Source: Candidatus Zhuqueibacterota bacterium
Lineage (GTDB): Bacteria; Zhuqueibacterota; Zhuqueibacteria; Thermofontimicrobiales; Sulfurfontimicrobiaceae
DNA length: 33,264 nt
Assembly: GCA_016927835.1 (NCBI GenBank)
Contig: JAFGMA010000148.1
Coordinates: 1 to 33,264 of the forward strand
Reading direction: 5' to 3'
A model generated the notes under the pieces. It made no database searches, was not told the DNA's origin, and was given only the letters and a program-made list of their open reading frames with translations. This document shows, in pieces, positions 18,423 to 29,202 of this stretch; position 1 is the first letter of the stretch, and each line of letters begins with the position of its first letter. Both the position numbers and the translations under genes were made by a program.

Positions 18423-21400
18423 TCACCTTCTGTTTACATCGTCTGTCGCTTGAAGGCGTTCAATCTCGCTAAGCTGGTCATTTGCAAAGCGCCCGAAATC
18501 ATCCGCCAGTCCGCGGCTTTTGACAATTTTATCAAGAAGCTGCTTCGCCTCCTCGTATTGACCTTTCTTTTTGTATAGCAAGGCGGCGCGGTACTGGGCA
18601 GAAGTCCCGAAAGGAAGTTTCGTCTGCTTGGCAACATATTTTACTTTCAGAAATTCTGAAATAGCCTGCTCAAATTTTCCCTGCAATTCATAACACTCCG
18701 CGAGAAAAAATTGTACTTCTGCTTCGTTTTCGGGATTCGCCTCTTCAAGCAACGCCTCGTAAGCTGCAATCGCTTTGTCGTATTCCTTGCTCTGCTTGTA
18801 AATCGAACCGATCTTGAATTTCATATCAAATACGGATTCGTCCTGGGGATAGAGCTGGATGAAATCCTTTATCAGAGATAATTGCTGATCCGTCATCGCG
18901 TATAACTCATACGCGCTGATGAGTTTTTTCATCGTCATCGGCTTCGATGTGCCAATTCGCGGGTGATCGAGGGCTTTTTTGTACATGGCAATCGCATTTG
19001 GCACTTGCTGTTCGCCGATATAATAATCGCCAAGATTGATGAAGGCAATGGCGGTCACTTCACTATCCGGGTATTTCTGCGGAATCGCTGTTAAAATATC
19101 CAATGCCTTCTCATCTTTATTCAGAATCGTATAAAGCTTTCCAAGCGATAATTCGGCTTTGGGGGCAAATTCTGTGCGCTTGTATTTGCTGCGGATTTGG
19201 GAGAACAATTTCTCTGCGTTGGAAAATGACTTGCTATTCAGGTAATATTCGCCTTTTTCATAATCGAATTGAGCCAGATAAACATCGATGCCACCGAACC
19301 TTTTCCTGAATTTCTCCTGCTCCCTGTCGCCGGCAGCGATTTGCCCGCTTCGATACGAACAGACAATCGACTGCGCCTGGGGGTACTCTTGTTGTACATC
19401 CGATTCGGCAAATCCGACTGCCCGGGCGTATTCAGCCTGCGCTTCCTGGTATTTCCCTTCCTCAAAGAGCAGGTCAGCAACTTTTACCGAAGCATCATAG
19501 CCGAATTTTTGATTGGGAAATTCATCCTTCAGACGTTGATAATAGCTTAACGCCAGATCGCTGTCATGCTGGCTATCAGCAGCAGTGATACGTCCGAGTG
19601 CAAGCAGCGCCTCGGGTACATAGCGCCCGTTCGGGGACATTTTGATGTATTTCTGATACTGCTGCTTTGCCAGGCTATGCTCACCGGCTTGCTCATACAC
19701 GCTTGCCAGTTTGAAAATGACTTCATCAAGATCCAGCACGCCCGAATCCATGTTTTCCTGAGCCAGCCATGAAATCTTGCTGAGTTTGGCTTCAATCGCC
19801 AGATAATGCTTAAGTGCAGATTGCATGTCGTTTTTCTTGAAATAGAGATCGCCCAGGGCGAGTGCTGCACTGTCGGCTGCCTGGCTATAATGATAATTGG
19901 TGATTATGTGTTTATAATGTTCAATGCTTTGCTCGTAATTTTCCTGATCATATTCCATTTTTGCCAGCAAGTTGAAGGCGCGGACAATGAATGCGCCATT
20001 GGGGAAATTGGCGATATAAGCTTCGAACGCATCATTTGCGGCGAAATAGTCACGCGCTTGATAATGATAAATGCCCAGCATGAATCTGGCTTCGCCGCGG
20101 TAGGCGCTGTTCGGATATCCGGATAGAAGCTGTTGGAAATATTGCTTTGCCGTGCCGATGCTATCGGTTGCCGGGCTGCTCTCGCCGATCAGTACTTCCC
20201 CCAATCGCAGCAGCATCAGGTCTTTATTGTCGCTGGCGGGATATTTCCCTAAAGCCTGGAAGTATTGGATGGCGATGTCGCTGCGGGAAGCGGGACTTTG
20301 TCGATCGCGTGCTCTCAGCTCAATCAGGGCGATGCAGGCGTCATCCGCCCAGGGGCTGTTGGCATATTGATCGTTGACGAGTTGATAATTCATGCGCGCG
20401 CTGTCGATGAGTGTATCGTGCCTGTCGAGTGCATTGCTATCCAGCGCGGTTTGCGCCAGCAGTTCGTAGGATTGAGCGATCCGAAAATTAATTTTATCGT
20501 TTAGATCTGACGGAACGCCGGACGTCATACTGCTGCGATAAAAGCGGAGCGCTGACGAATAATTGTGGATGTGTTCGAAATTGATCTCAGCCAGGCGATA
20601 ATACAGCCACCCCTGACTCCGACCCGTGATAACCTCATTCATCAAATCAGAGAAACCGTAGAGCGCCTTCGTCTGATCATCAATTGCAAATTTTTGCAGA
20701 AATTCCACTCGTTGCGCGGTTTGTTTGTAATCTGCGCCACCGGGATAAGCTGACAGAAAATGATGGTACTCTTTTATCGCCCGCCCGTATTGTCCCAATT
20801 GCTCGTAGCACCGCGCGATACCGAGTTGGGCATCATCGATGTAAACGCTGTTGGGAAAACGCTCGATAAATCGATCGTACAATCGAATCGCCTTTTCGGG
20901 GCTGCCCATTTCGCGTTCATGAATTTCGGCAATCCTGTAATGAATGCGATCTACGAGTTGACTTTGCGGGTAGCGTTCAAGGTAAGTTCTAAAATGAATT
21001 ATCGCCTGCGCAACGCTTTTTAGCAGCAGGTAATTTCGAGCGACTTCCAGATAGGCATGCTCGAGATAATCAGCCACTTCATTTTGCCCGGACTGACCCT
21101 CTTTAATAAGGCGCAGAAAATACTGATTGGCATTTTTATAATCGGCAAGATTTTTATATGACAGACCGCTTTTATAGAGCGCTTTAAAATAGATGACTGG
21201 ATCCGGTTTCGCGGCGTCAATTAATTTGGCATAAAATGACTGGGCTTCGGCGTAGCTGTGCAAATCAAAATAGTTTTCGCCGAGCATTAAATACGTTTCG
21301 GCTTGCACCTGTTCGCTGCCGCGGCTTGCGAGCGATTTCATGAAAAAATCATTTGAACGCTGCCACTCACCTTTTAACCGATAGATGGTTCCCAGACGCA

Positions 21401-22163
21401 AATTCGCCTTTGCCTGCAGGTCGCGATTGGCAGAACCCTCGATGACGGCGTGGTATTCATCCTGGGCGCCCTGGATTTGCCCTATTTCTTCCTGAATCAA
21501 TCCTTTGAAATACCTGGCATGCGCTTTATCTTCCTTTTGATAGGCGCCGGCGATTAGTTTTTCGCTCTCAGAAAGCGCCCGTTTCAATTCGCCCTTTTTA
21601 ATGAGAATGTCCAGCAATTCGAGTTTGATTTGAAATGCATTCGAAGCCTCAGGATATTCGTCCAAATATGCGTAGTATGTTCTGATAGCGGCGGGGAAAT
21701 CTCCAGCGAGTCCAAACATTCGCGCGGCTTCGATGATTGCAGGTGGTGCGAATGTGCTTTTAGGATAAAATACCTTCACGCGCTGGTATGCGCTGGCTGC
21801 TTTGGCGTAATCGTTGACCGCCTTGTAACATTCACCAATTTTCATCTGGGCTTCGTCAACCCTGTGCGCTTCCGAATATCGGATCGTCATCTCCAGATAT
21901 GCCTGTTGCGCTTCATTGTATTTTTCAAGTTTGAAATACGCTTCGCCCGCCATAAAAAGCGCTTCAGGTGCTTGTGAACTTGTCGGGTGCTCTTCAATGA
22001 AATTTTTAAACTGGCTCGCTGCCAATGAGAACATGCCTTCATCGTATAATTTTTTGGCATACATAAAAGCCTGATTTTCAGCGGATTGTGCATAAGCACC
22101 ATGCACCCCTATCCACAGGAAAATTCCTGCCAATAGCCAGATTACTAGTTTTGATTGCTTCAT
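18423..22163 (-). CDS. Secreted/periplasmic TPR-repeat protein (1246 aa)
   Basis: Signal peptide MKQSKLVIWLLAGIFLWIGVHGAYA-QS. The whole length is tandem ~34-aa TPR-like repeats (recurring A..Y...G.Y..A..F motifs, e.g. EALFMAGEAYFKLEKYNEAQQAY). The start is 4 nt after the uvrD stop. Confidence 0.8.
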   Translation of the reverse strand: MKQSKLVIWLLAGIFLWIGVHGAYAQSAENQAFMYAKKLYDEGMFSLAASQFKNFIEEHPTSSQAPEALFMAGEAYFKLEKYNEAQQAYLEMTIRYSEAHRVDEAQMKIGECYKAVNDYAKAASAYQRVKVFYPKSTFAPPAIIEAARMFGLAGDFPAAIRTYYAYLDEYPEASNAFQIKLELLDILIKKGELKRALSESEKLIAGAYQKEDKAHARYFKGLIQEEIGQIQGAQDEYHAVIEGSANRDLQAKANLRLGTIYRLKGEWQRSNDFFMKSLASRGSEQVQAETYLMLGENYFDLHSYAEAQSFYAKLIDAAKPDPVIYFKALYKSGLSYKNLADYKNANQYFLRLIKEGQSGQNEVADYLEHAYLEVARNYLLLKSVAQAIIHFRTYLERYPQSQLVDRIHYRIAEIHEREMGSPEKAIRLYDRFIERFPNSVYIDDAQLGIARCYEQLGQYGRAIKEYHHFLSAYPGGADYKQTAQRVEFLQKFAIDDQTKALYGFSDLMNEVITGRSQGWLYYRLAEINFEHIHNYSSALRFYRSSMTSGVPSDLNDKINFRIAQSYELLAQTALDSNALDRHDTLIDSARMNYQLVNDQYANSPWADDACIALIELRARDRQSPASRSDIAIQYFQALGKYPASDNKDLMLLRLGEVLIGESSPATDSIGTAKQYFQQLLSGYPNSAYRGEARFMLGIYHYQARDYFAANDAFEAYIANFPNGAFIVRAFNLLAKMEYDQENYEQSIEHYKHIITNYHYSQAADSAALALGDLYFKKNDMQSALKHYLAIEAKLSKISWLAQENMDSGVLDLDEVIFKLASVYEQAGEHSLAKQQYQKYIKMSPNGRYVPEALLALGRITAADSQHDSDLALSYYQRLKDEFPNQKFGYDASVKVADLLFEEGKYQEAQAEYARAVGFAESDVQQEYPQAQSIVCSYRSGQIAAGDREQEKFRKRFGGIDVYLAQFDYEKGEYYLNSKSFSNAEKLFSQIRSKYKRTEFAPKAELSLGKLYTILNKDEKALDILTAIPQKYPDSEVTAIAFINLGDYYIGEQQVPNAIAMYKKALDHPRIGTSKPMTMKKLISAYELYAMTDQQLSLIKDFIQLYPQDESVFDMKFKIGSIYKQSKEYDKAIAAYEALLEEANPENEAEVQFFLAECYELQGKFEQAISEFLKVKYVAKQTKLPFGTSAQYRAALLYKKKGQYEEAKQLLDKIVKSRGLADDFGRFANDQLSEIERLQATDDVNRR

Positions 22164-22166
22164 TAT

Positions 22167-24395
22167 CTAAATAATCTCCAGATTTGCATATTTAACCATT
22201 AATTTTTTTCGCCCCACCAGGTCAAATGCAACGGTTGCTTTCATGGATTCACCGTCGCCTTCAAGATTCAGGATAATCCCCTTGCCAAACGTAGGGTGTT
22301 TGACCGTTGCGCCGGGTTCCAGGAATTCAACATCACGGTTCGAATCATCAATATAGCGGGGCTCCTCGTAATCTACGTAAACACTCGACTTTGGCTTTTT
22401 TCGATCGGCGGAAGCAGATCTTCGAGCGGAACGGGATTTAATGTCCTCTTCGATGTATTGCGCATCGATTTCGAGGATGAATCGCGAGGGCGTATTCATG
22501 AACGTATCGCCGAAACGACCGCGCTGCGCCGCCCACGAAAGAAACAGCTTTTCTTCGGCGCGGGTCGCTCCCACGTAAAACAAGCGTCGTTCTTCCTCCA
22601 GATCATCCACCGATTCAAAGCTTCGGGATAGCGGAAAGAGTCCTTCCTCCAATCCGGCAATAAATACAACGGGGAACTCAAGTCCTTTGGCGCTGTGAAG
22701 GGTCATCAGCGTCACCGCATTCGACCGGTTATCCCAGCTATCGATATCGGTTAACAGGGATACTTCCTCCAAAAATCCGGCGAGTGTGGGTGATTCGGTT
22801 CTTTTTGAATATTCAGTAATTGCTTGCAGCAATTCCAATACATTTTCATACCGACTTGTCGCCTCTGCGGTTCCTTCCTGCCTGAAAAGCTGCAAAATAC
22901 CGATTTCATCGACCAGTGCACGCGCCAATTCTGTGATCGATATTTTGTTTACCAGGCTCTGATATTTGATGATAAATTTATGGAAATTGGTAATGTTTGT
23001 TTTTGCTTTGATACTCAGTTCGTCAATCGAATGCGCTTTGCCCATTGCATCAAAAAATGTCGATGCAGTGCTGCGACCGAAGCGTTCCACCTTTTCGATG
23101 CTGACTTTGCCAATCCCTCGCAGGGGATAATTGATGATGCGTTTGATACTAATCGTGTCATGGGGATTGACAATCGCCCTTAAATAAGCCAGGACATCCT
23201 TGACTTCCTTGCGCTCATAAAATTTCAATCCGCCGACGATGATGTAAGAAATACCCTCGTTGAGCAATCCTTCTTCGAGTATTCGCGACTGGGCGTTTAT
23301 GCGATAGAGAATGGCAAAATCGGTGAAATTGCGACCGCTTTTATGAAGTTCATCCTTTATTTTATCAACGATTTTCCGTGATTCGTGATAGGCATCGCGG
23401 GTGGCAAGCAGCAGCACTTTTTCTCCGGTTTCCTTTTCCGTCCAGAGCTGCTTTTCCATGCGTCCGGCATTTTTAGAGACAACCGAATGTGCTGCGCTGA
23501 GAATATTCTTTGTGGACCGATAATTCTGTTCGAGTCGAAAGACTCTGCAATCGGGAAAATCCTTTTCGAAATCCAGGATATTTCTGATATCCGCACCGCG
23601 CCAGCGATAGATCGATTGATCGTCATCGCCAACCACACAGACATTCCGGCTTCGGGAAGCCAGCATTTTTATGAGCGAATATTGGGCACGGTTCGTATCC
23701 TGGTACTCATCAACCAATAAAAAAGGGAATCGCAATTGATAATGCTCCAGAAGCGGGGGATGATCCCGGAATAACGCAATCGGCTTGATCAGCAGATCAT
23801 CGAAATCCATCGCATTCAACTGCTTCAAGCGCTCTTGATACTGAGGATAGATAATAGCGACCTTATCTTCGAAAACGTTCTGCGCCGATCGGGCATAATG
23901 ATCGGGTTCAACTAATGCGTTTTTCGCTTTGCTGATATGGGAGCTAATCGCTCTGGGCGCGAAGTCCTTTTGCGGGATGGCATACTCATTCATAATCTCT
24001 TTAACTAAATTGATCTGGTCATCGGAATCGTAAATTGAAAAATTTCGCCCATATCCCAGCTTTTCACCTTCGTAACGCAAGATTCGCGCAAAAATCGAAT
24101 GAAATGTACCCATCCAGACATTCTGGCTGTCATCCCGGCACAGCTTCCGAATACGTTCACGCATCTCGCCGGCGGCTTTGTTGGTGAATGTCATCGCCAG
24201 GATATTCCAGGGCTTGATTTTTTCCGCTTCGATCAGGTAGGCAATGCGGTGTGTCAAAACCCTGGTTTTACCGCTGCCAGCGCCTGCCAGAATCAGAACC
24301 GGTCCCCCTGTCCACTGAACCGCCTCCTGTTGAATCGGATTCAGTCCTGTCAATAATTCAGAAACAGCTGATTTTGCGGCTGAGCGTCCGCTCAT
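22167..24395 (-). CDS. uvrD: ATP-dependent DNA helicase UvrD/PcrA
   Basis: LNPIQQEAVQWTGGPVLILAGAGSGKTRVLTHRIAYLI (Walker A, helicase motif I). FTNKAAGEMRERI, VDEYQDTN (motif II) and FLEQNYRSTKNI are all present. C-terminal Tudor-like tail. Confidence 0.9.
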   Translation of the reverse strand: MSGRSAAKSAVSELLTGLNPIQQEAVQWTGGPVLILAGAGSGKTRVLTHRIAYLIEAEKIKPWNILAMTFTNKAAGEMRERIRKLCRDDSQNVWMGTFHSIFARILRYEGEKLGYGRNFSIYDSDDQINLVKEIMNEYAIPQKDFAPRAISSHISKAKNALVEPDHYARSAQNVFEDKVAIIYPQYQERLKQLNAMDFDDLLIKPIALFRDHPPLLEHYQLRFPFLLVDEYQDTNRAQYSLIKMLASRSRNVCVVGDDDQSIYRWRGADIRNILDFEKDFPDCRVFRLEQNYRSTKNILSAAHSVVSKNAGRMEKQLWTEKETGEKVLLLATRDAYHESRKIVDKIKDELHKSGRNFTDFAILYRINAQSRILEEGLLNEGISYIIVGGLKFYERKEVKDVLAYLRAIVNPHDTISIKRIINYPLRGIGKVSIEKVERFGRSTASTFFDAMGKAHSIDELSIKAKTNITNFHKFIIKYQSLVNKISITELARALVDEIGILQLFRQEGTAEATSRYENVLELLQAITEYSKRTESPTLAGFLEEVSLLTDIDSWDNRSNAVTLMTLHSAKGLEFPVVFIAGLEEGLFPLSRSFESVDDLEEERRLFYVGATRAEEKLFLSWAAQRGRFGDTFMNTPSRFILEIDAQYIEEDIKSRSARRSASADRKKPKSSVYVDYEEPRYIDDSNRDVEFLEPGATVKHPTFGKGIILNLEGDGESMKATVAFDLVGRKKLMVKYANLEII

Positions 24396-24443
24396 ACGTT
24401 TTCCTCATTGAGATAAAATTGAGCTTTGCAAAATTGTCCGGTA

Positions 24444-25511
24444 TTACTTGTTGCGATTTTTGCGATACACTTCCCTGCGATAAGCATCGAATTTTTTCTT
24501 CGCAGAGAGATGTCCGGAATGGGTTCTGCTGAAAGTGTGTCCGCCGTCGCCCCGGGCAACCATGTATAAATAGTCCACATCCTCAGGAAAAGCCGCCGCT
24601 AATAGTGATTGTTTTCCGGGATTGTTGATTGGACCGGGCGGAAGACCGGCAGTTTTGTAAGTGTTATACGGCGAATCGATTTCCAGATCGCGATTCAGCA
24701 ACCTGCGCGGTTCGGGTAGCAAATATTGGATGGTGGGATCGCATTGCAGAAGATAGCCTTTTTTCAGGCGATTTCGGTAAAGCGCTGAAATCAGCGTGCG
24801 TTCGGTATCGAGCATGGCTTCCCCTTCAATGAGCGAAGCCAGGATCACCATCTGGTGCTGCGAAAGATTCAATTCAGGATCGCGATCGCGAATCGTATCC
24901 GGGAAATGCTGCTTGAATTGATTTACCAGTATCGAAATAACCTGTTTCGCAGATGAGCCATCGGTCAGGTAGTACGTATCCGGGAAAAGATATCCTTCAA
25001 GCGTTGGCGCATCGATTCCCAGATTCCTGATAAACGACGTATCATGCACCAATTCCGCAAATTCCGTCGAATCGACAGCCAGCTTTTGCTGCAACAACGA
25101 GGCGATAAACCGGTGGGTTTTGCCTTCGGGGATGGTGACACGGGTGAGCGCAACTTTTCCACTGACCAGTATCTCTAGAATATGGTAGTTGGAAATGCCC
25201 GAGGGAATGTTGTATCTTCCGGCTTTGATTTTATTGGTGTAACCCATGAGCAGGGCGGTAATTTTAAAATGCGTTTTGTTGGCAATGACTTGTTCTGCTA
25301 ACAGCATTTCAGAAATCGCATCAAAACTCATCCCGCTTTTAATCGTGACGTCGGCAAATTCCCTGTCATGCCGAGTTTCGGGTTCCCCGAAGCAAATTGA
25401 ATAGATGTAAAGCGCAAGCGCGTAAACCACCAGTACAAAAACGATGAACAGGTAACGTTTCGATAATTTTTTACGTTTAACCAAATCCTGCGCTTTATTT
25501 TTTTCTCCCAT
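24444..25511 (-). CDS. mltG: Endolytic murein transglycosylase MltG (YceG family)
   Basis: A short cytoplasmic N-terminus, a TM helix (YLFIVFVLVVYALALYIY) and a YceG domain, with the hallmark YNTYKTAGLPPGPINNPG. Start chosen at the ATG at 25511. The track start at 25571 is a GTG inside lysJ. Confidence 0.8.
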   Translation of the reverse strand: MGEKNKAQDLVKRKKLSKRYLFIVFVLVVYALALYIYSICFGEPETRHDREFADVTIKSGMSFDAISEMLLAEQVIANKTHFKITALLMGYTNKIKAGRYNIPSGISNYHILEILVSGKVALTRVTIPEGKTHRFIASLLQQKLAVDSTEFAELVHDTSFIRNLGIDAPTLEGYLFPDTYYLTDGSSAKQVISILVNQFKQHFPDTIRDRDPELNLSQHQMVILASLIEGEAMLDTERTLISALYRNRLKKGYLLQCDPTIQYLLPEPRRLLNRDLEIDSPYNTYKTAGLPPGPINNPGKQSLLAAAFPEDVDYLYMVARGDGGHTFSRTHSGHLSAKKKFDAYRREVYRKNRNK

Positions 25512-25557
25512 TTTTTCTCTCTTTTTTCTAAATGCAAAAATCCACCCGGTACATCGA

Positions 25558-26712
25558 TCAGGCAAGCACACGTTTCAGCTTTTCCAGCACAGCGTCCAGT
25601 TCATCGTAAGATATTGTCAATGGCGGCAAAAGCCGCAGCACTGTTGAGCCTGCCGGCAAGGTGAGCAATCCCTCGTCGATCAGTTGTATAATATAGGGTT
25701 TGACCTTCTCTTTCATTTCAATACCGATCATCAATCCAATCTGCCTGATCTCCCTGACGCTTCTAAAATTGTATTGAACAAGTCGTTCTGCCAGATATTT
25801 GCCTTTTTCTTCTGCCTGTTGAGCGAGCTTCTGTTCGAGCATAAAATCGATTGCGGCACTGGCAGCGGCACAGGCGAGAGGATTGCCGCCAAAGGTTGAT
25901 CCGTGATTGCCCACGGGCGCTTCGATCTTATCGGAGCACACAACAGCGCCCATCGGGAGACCGCCGGCGATGGATTTTGCCAGGCACAGGATATCCGGCT
26001 CCACATCAAAATGCTCGATCGCGAACAGCTTCCCGGTGCGACAAAAGCCGCTTTGCACCTCATCGATGATCAGGATGATTCCCGTTTCGTCGCACAGCTT
26101 TCGAACCTTTTGAAAATAATCCTTTTCACCCAGGTTCACACCGCCTTCTCCCTGAACGGGTTCGAGAAGGATTGCTGCGGTTTCGGCGGTAATGGCTTGC
26201 TGCATTTTCTCAAAATTATTAAACGGCACGAAGTTGAAACCCGGCACCAGCGGTTCGAAATCCTGGCGATATTTCGGATTGAAGGTCGCGCTCAGGGCGC
26301 CCATAGTTCTGCCATGAAAACTTTTCATAGCGCAAATAAAATTCGGCTTTTTCGCTGTGAATCGTACGAACTTGATCGCGGCTTCGATGCTTTCGGTTCC
26401 GGAGTTGCAGAGGAATGCGCGGGTCAGGCTTTTCGGGGTGATGCGAATCAGCTTTTCGAGCAGAAGCGCTTTTTGATCATTATAAAATGTTCCTGAACAG
26501 GTGATCAGGATTTGCGCCTGCCGGACGATGGCGTCAATGACGGCTTCGTTGGCATGCCCAAGATTGGCGACGCCATGCCCGGCAACGCAGTCGATGTAGG
26601 CTTTGCCATTTTCATCCCAGACGGTGGCGCCCTTTCCGCGGACAATCACCACATCGCGTTTGGGATAGACATCGAATTCATACTGATTCTGCAATTCAAG
26701 GGTAGCGCTCAT
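25558..26712 (-). CDS. lysJ: Class III aminotransferase ArgD/LysJ (acetylornithine / LysW-gamma-Lys aminotransferase)
   Basis: GKGATVWDENGKAYIDCVAGHGVANLGH and LIIDEVQSGFCRTGKLFA (PLP lysine region). It overlaps lysZ by 4 nt (ATGA). Confidence 0.85.
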   Translation of the reverse strand: MSATLELQNQYEFDVYPKRDVVIVRGKGATVWDENGKAYIDCVAGHGVANLGHANEAVIDAIVRQAQILITCSGTFYNDQKALLLEKLIRITPKSLTRAFLCNSGTESIEAAIKFVRFTAKKPNFICAMKSFHGRTMGALSATFNPKYRQDFEPLVPGFNFVPFNNFEKMQQAITAETAAILLEPVQGEGGVNLGEKDYFQKVRKLCDETGIILIIDEVQSGFCRTGKLFAIEHFDVEPDILCLAKSIAGGLPMGAVVCSDKIEAPVGNHGSTFGGNPLACAAASAAIDFMLEQKLAQQAEEKGKYLAERLVQYNFRSVREIRQIGLMIGIEMKEKVKPYIIQLIDEGLLTLPAGSTVLRLLPPLTISYDELDAVLEKLKRVLA

Positions 26713-27500
26713 TCGATCACCGTTCCTTTTTCATTTAAGGCATCGCGCACCGGATGCTCGGTTCTGCCATCGCTGATGACGACTTTTGTGGCGCCGCTTT
26801 CGAACAATTTTTTCAACGCGAGCAATTTCCGTTTGATCCTGCCTTCCACGCGGGCTTCCCAAACCTGGAGTTCGTCGACCGACAGCCGGGAAATTAAAGA
26901 AGCCGGATCATCCGGATTTTTCAGGAAGCCGGGCGCTTCGATCAACTGGATCACCTGATCTGCCTCGAACTCGTTCTGAATGACATTGACAATATCATCA
27001 TTTTCGGAATTTATTGCAACATTATTTTCATCGATAATCGGCACGGAGAGCACGGGTGTGAAATGATTTTCCAGCAACAGCGTTAGCAGCGTTTTATTGA
27101 CGGACTTTGGTTTCCCTGAAAAATCCCTGACAATTTTCCGCTTTCCGCCTTCGTAAACTTTAATCCCGCTGTTGCGTTTACCCTGAATAACCTTGCCGTC
27201 CAATCCGGACAAGCCCACGGCGTTGATTCCGTGTTGCTGGCATAATTCGACGATGCGCTTGTTTTTGAGACCGGCATACGCCATCATCAACAAATCAATT
27301 GCGGTTTCATCTGAGAACACGCTGGAATAACCGGAAATCGATGTGAGCACCTTTTTAGACACCCCGATTTTCTGCGCCAGATCATCTCTTGCAGCATTCG
27401 CGCCGTGAACGATGATGAAAGCCTGTTCGACCTCGGAAAGATCGGCAATGATTCCGCTGAGATTAATCGATTTGCCGCCGCCAATTTTTATGATAAGCAC
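26709..27500 (-). CDS. lysZ: LysW-gamma-aminoadipate kinase / acetylglutamate kinase family
   Basis: MLIIKIGGGKSINL..IIVHGANA..NAVGLSGLDGK is nearly colinear with Thermus LysZ. It overlaps the preceding gene by 13 nt. Confidence 0.85.
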   Translation of the reverse strand: MLIIKIGGGKSINLSGIIADLSEVEQAFIIVHGANAARDDLAQKIGVSKKVLTSISGYSSVFSDETAIDLLMMAYAGLKNKRIVELCQQHGINAVGLSGLDGKVIQGKRNSGIKVYEGGKRKIVRDFSGKPKSVNKTLLTLLLENHFTPVLSVPIIDENNVAINSENDDIVNVIQNEFEADQVIQLIEAPGFLKNPDDPASLISRLSVDELQVWEARVEGRIKRKLLALKKLFESGATKVVISDGRTEHPVRDALNEKGTVIE

Positions 27501-28135
27501 CTGAATCCCTCAATGGTTTCGTTTTCAATTTTCTGCCAACCGGTTTCACCGGGATATTTCTCGGAACACAAGATCAACTCGTTTTCGGTGGTTTTTGTGA
27601 ACATGGTGAAATAATCCGCATCTTCGTTGAAGAGCGAGTGCAAATACAGGAAGCGTTTATCCGAAAGGATGATATTCATCGCCCGGATGTAAGTCGTTCG
27701 TTTTGCGATGATTCCTGTTGATTTTTCCAATGCGGGCAGCATATCTCCGTGATCGAATCGCTTGATATAATTGAAAATTTTTTCAGCGCCAATTCTGCCC
27801 TGTTCCTTGATGCGCACACCGTGCAATTCGCCGTTAAAAATGAAGGCGTATTTATCATCTGCAAACGGCATATTATTCTCGACGGCGATGCCTTCATTTC
27901 GGAAGGCACTTCGCGCGTGCACGAGTAACTGGTTGGTCGCGGGAAAATCCGTCAAATTGTCTTCCCAAATCGGACAAACATTTTTATAAATGCTCCAATG
28001 TCCGTCCTCCAACCAGGCGCAGCCCCAGCCGTCACCCTGGTACTCGCGGCTGTTTTGAGCGATGCGGGCAAACTGCCGCAGATGGTTGCGCATATCGGTT
28101 GGTTGCCGCACTGAAATTGCCAGTAATCTGCACAT
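27488..28135 (-). CDS. Class II glutamine amidotransferase-like Ntn amidohydrolase (YafJ/EgtC-like), embedded in the lysW operon
   Basis: Starts MCRLLAISVR (Cys2 N-terminal nucleophile), with LLVHARSAF and an Ntn-hydrolase-like length of 215 aa. The ATG is 2 nt after the lysY stop (TAGCCATG), and the 3' end overlaps lysZ by 13 nt. Confidence 0.6.
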   Translation of the reverse strand: MCRLLAISVRQPTDMRNHLRQFARIAQNSREYQGDGWGCAWLEDGHWSIYKNVCPIWEDNLTDFPATNQLLVHARSAFRNEGIAVENNMPFADDKYAFIFNGELHGVRIKEQGRIGAEKIFNYIKRFDHGDMLPALEKSTGIIAKRTTYIRAMNIILSDKRFLYLHSLFNEDADYFTMFTKTTENELILCSEKYPGETGWQKIENETIEGFRCLS

Positions 28136-28137
28136 GG

Positions 28138-29202
28138 CTATACCGGGTGAAGTCCCGGAAAATCTAATCCGGTGGTTTCGTCGAAACCGTGCATGATATT
28201 CAATGCCTGCAACGCCTGCCCTGCGGCACCTTTCATTAAATTATCGATGGCGCTGATGACCACCAGCCGGTTTGAATGCGGATCGCTTTCAAATCCGATA
28301 TCGCAGTAATTGGTTCCGGCGAGGAGCTTGGGTTCGGGATAGCGATAGATGCCTTCCCGATCTTTTACAATGCGGATAAAAGGTTCCTTCCCGTAAAAAT
28401 CGCGAAACAGCTTCCAAATATCTTTTTCCGCCAGATTTTCCTTTAAAAATACGTGCGAAGTTGCCAGCGTACCGCGAATAATATCAATTGCGGTGGCGGA
28501 GAAGTGAATCTGAATCGGATTGCTAAAGCTCAATTCCTGCAGCATTTCCGCAATATGACGGTGACCGGTGGATTTATATGACCGGACGCACCCGCTGCGT
28601 TCCGGGTGATGCGATCCTTCATTGGCTTTATTGCCGCCTTCGCTCGAACCCACTTTCACTTCGACAACGGTCCGTGCGGCATCAACTAGGTTATTTTTAA
28701 AAAAGGGATAAAGCGCCAGAATCGTCACGGTTGCATTGCAGCCGGCGCTGGAGATGAAACTGGCATGTTTCATTTCCGCGCGATGCAGCTCCGGAATTCC
28801 GTAAACGAATTTTTCGAGCATTTCCGGTGCAGGGTGGCGGCAGTTGTACCATTTTTCATAATCAGCCGGATTTTTCAGTCTGAAATCACCGCTGAGGTCG
28901 ATGATTTTAGGCGCCATTTTTTTGTACATTTCAATATTCTTCATTGACGTGCCATGGGGCAATGATAGAAACAGCACATCGCATGGCTCTAATTCCGCCA
29001 GCCGGCTAAATTTAAGCTGCGTTACCTTTCTTAAATTCGGGTGTACACGATAGACGAATTTGCCCGCGAATTGCTCCGATGTCACCTGGTTTATCTCAAT
29101 CCGCGGATGGAACAGCAGAAGTCGCAGGAGCTCGCCCCCGGCATAGCCCGATCCCCCTGCAATTGAGGCTTTAAGTTCAGCCATTGGTACCATCTCTCCC
29201 AA
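28138..29202 (-). CDS. lysY: LysW-gamma-aminoadipyl-phosphate reductase / N-acetyl-gamma-glutamyl-phosphate reductase family
   Basis: [19 protein letters not shown](P) fold. Active-site SAGCNATV. C-terminal [11 protein letters not shown]. Confidence 0.85.
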   Translation of the reverse strand: MGEMVPMAELKASIAGGSGYAGGELLRLLLFHPRIEINQVTSEQFAGKFVYRVHPNLRKVTQLKFSRLAELEPCDVLFLSLPHGTSMKNIEMYKKMAPKIIDLSGDFRLKNPADYEKWYNCRHPAPEMLEKFVYGIPELHRAEMKHASFISSAGCNATVTILALYPFFKNNLVDAARTVVEVKVGSSEGGNKANEGSHHPERSGCVRSYKSTGHRHIAEMLQELSFSNPIQIHFSATAIDIIRGTLATSHVFLKENLAEKDIWKLFRDFYGKEPFIRIVKDREGIYRYPEPKLLAGTNYCDIGFESDPHSNRLVVISAIDNLMKGAAGQALQALNIMHGFDETTGLDFPGLHPV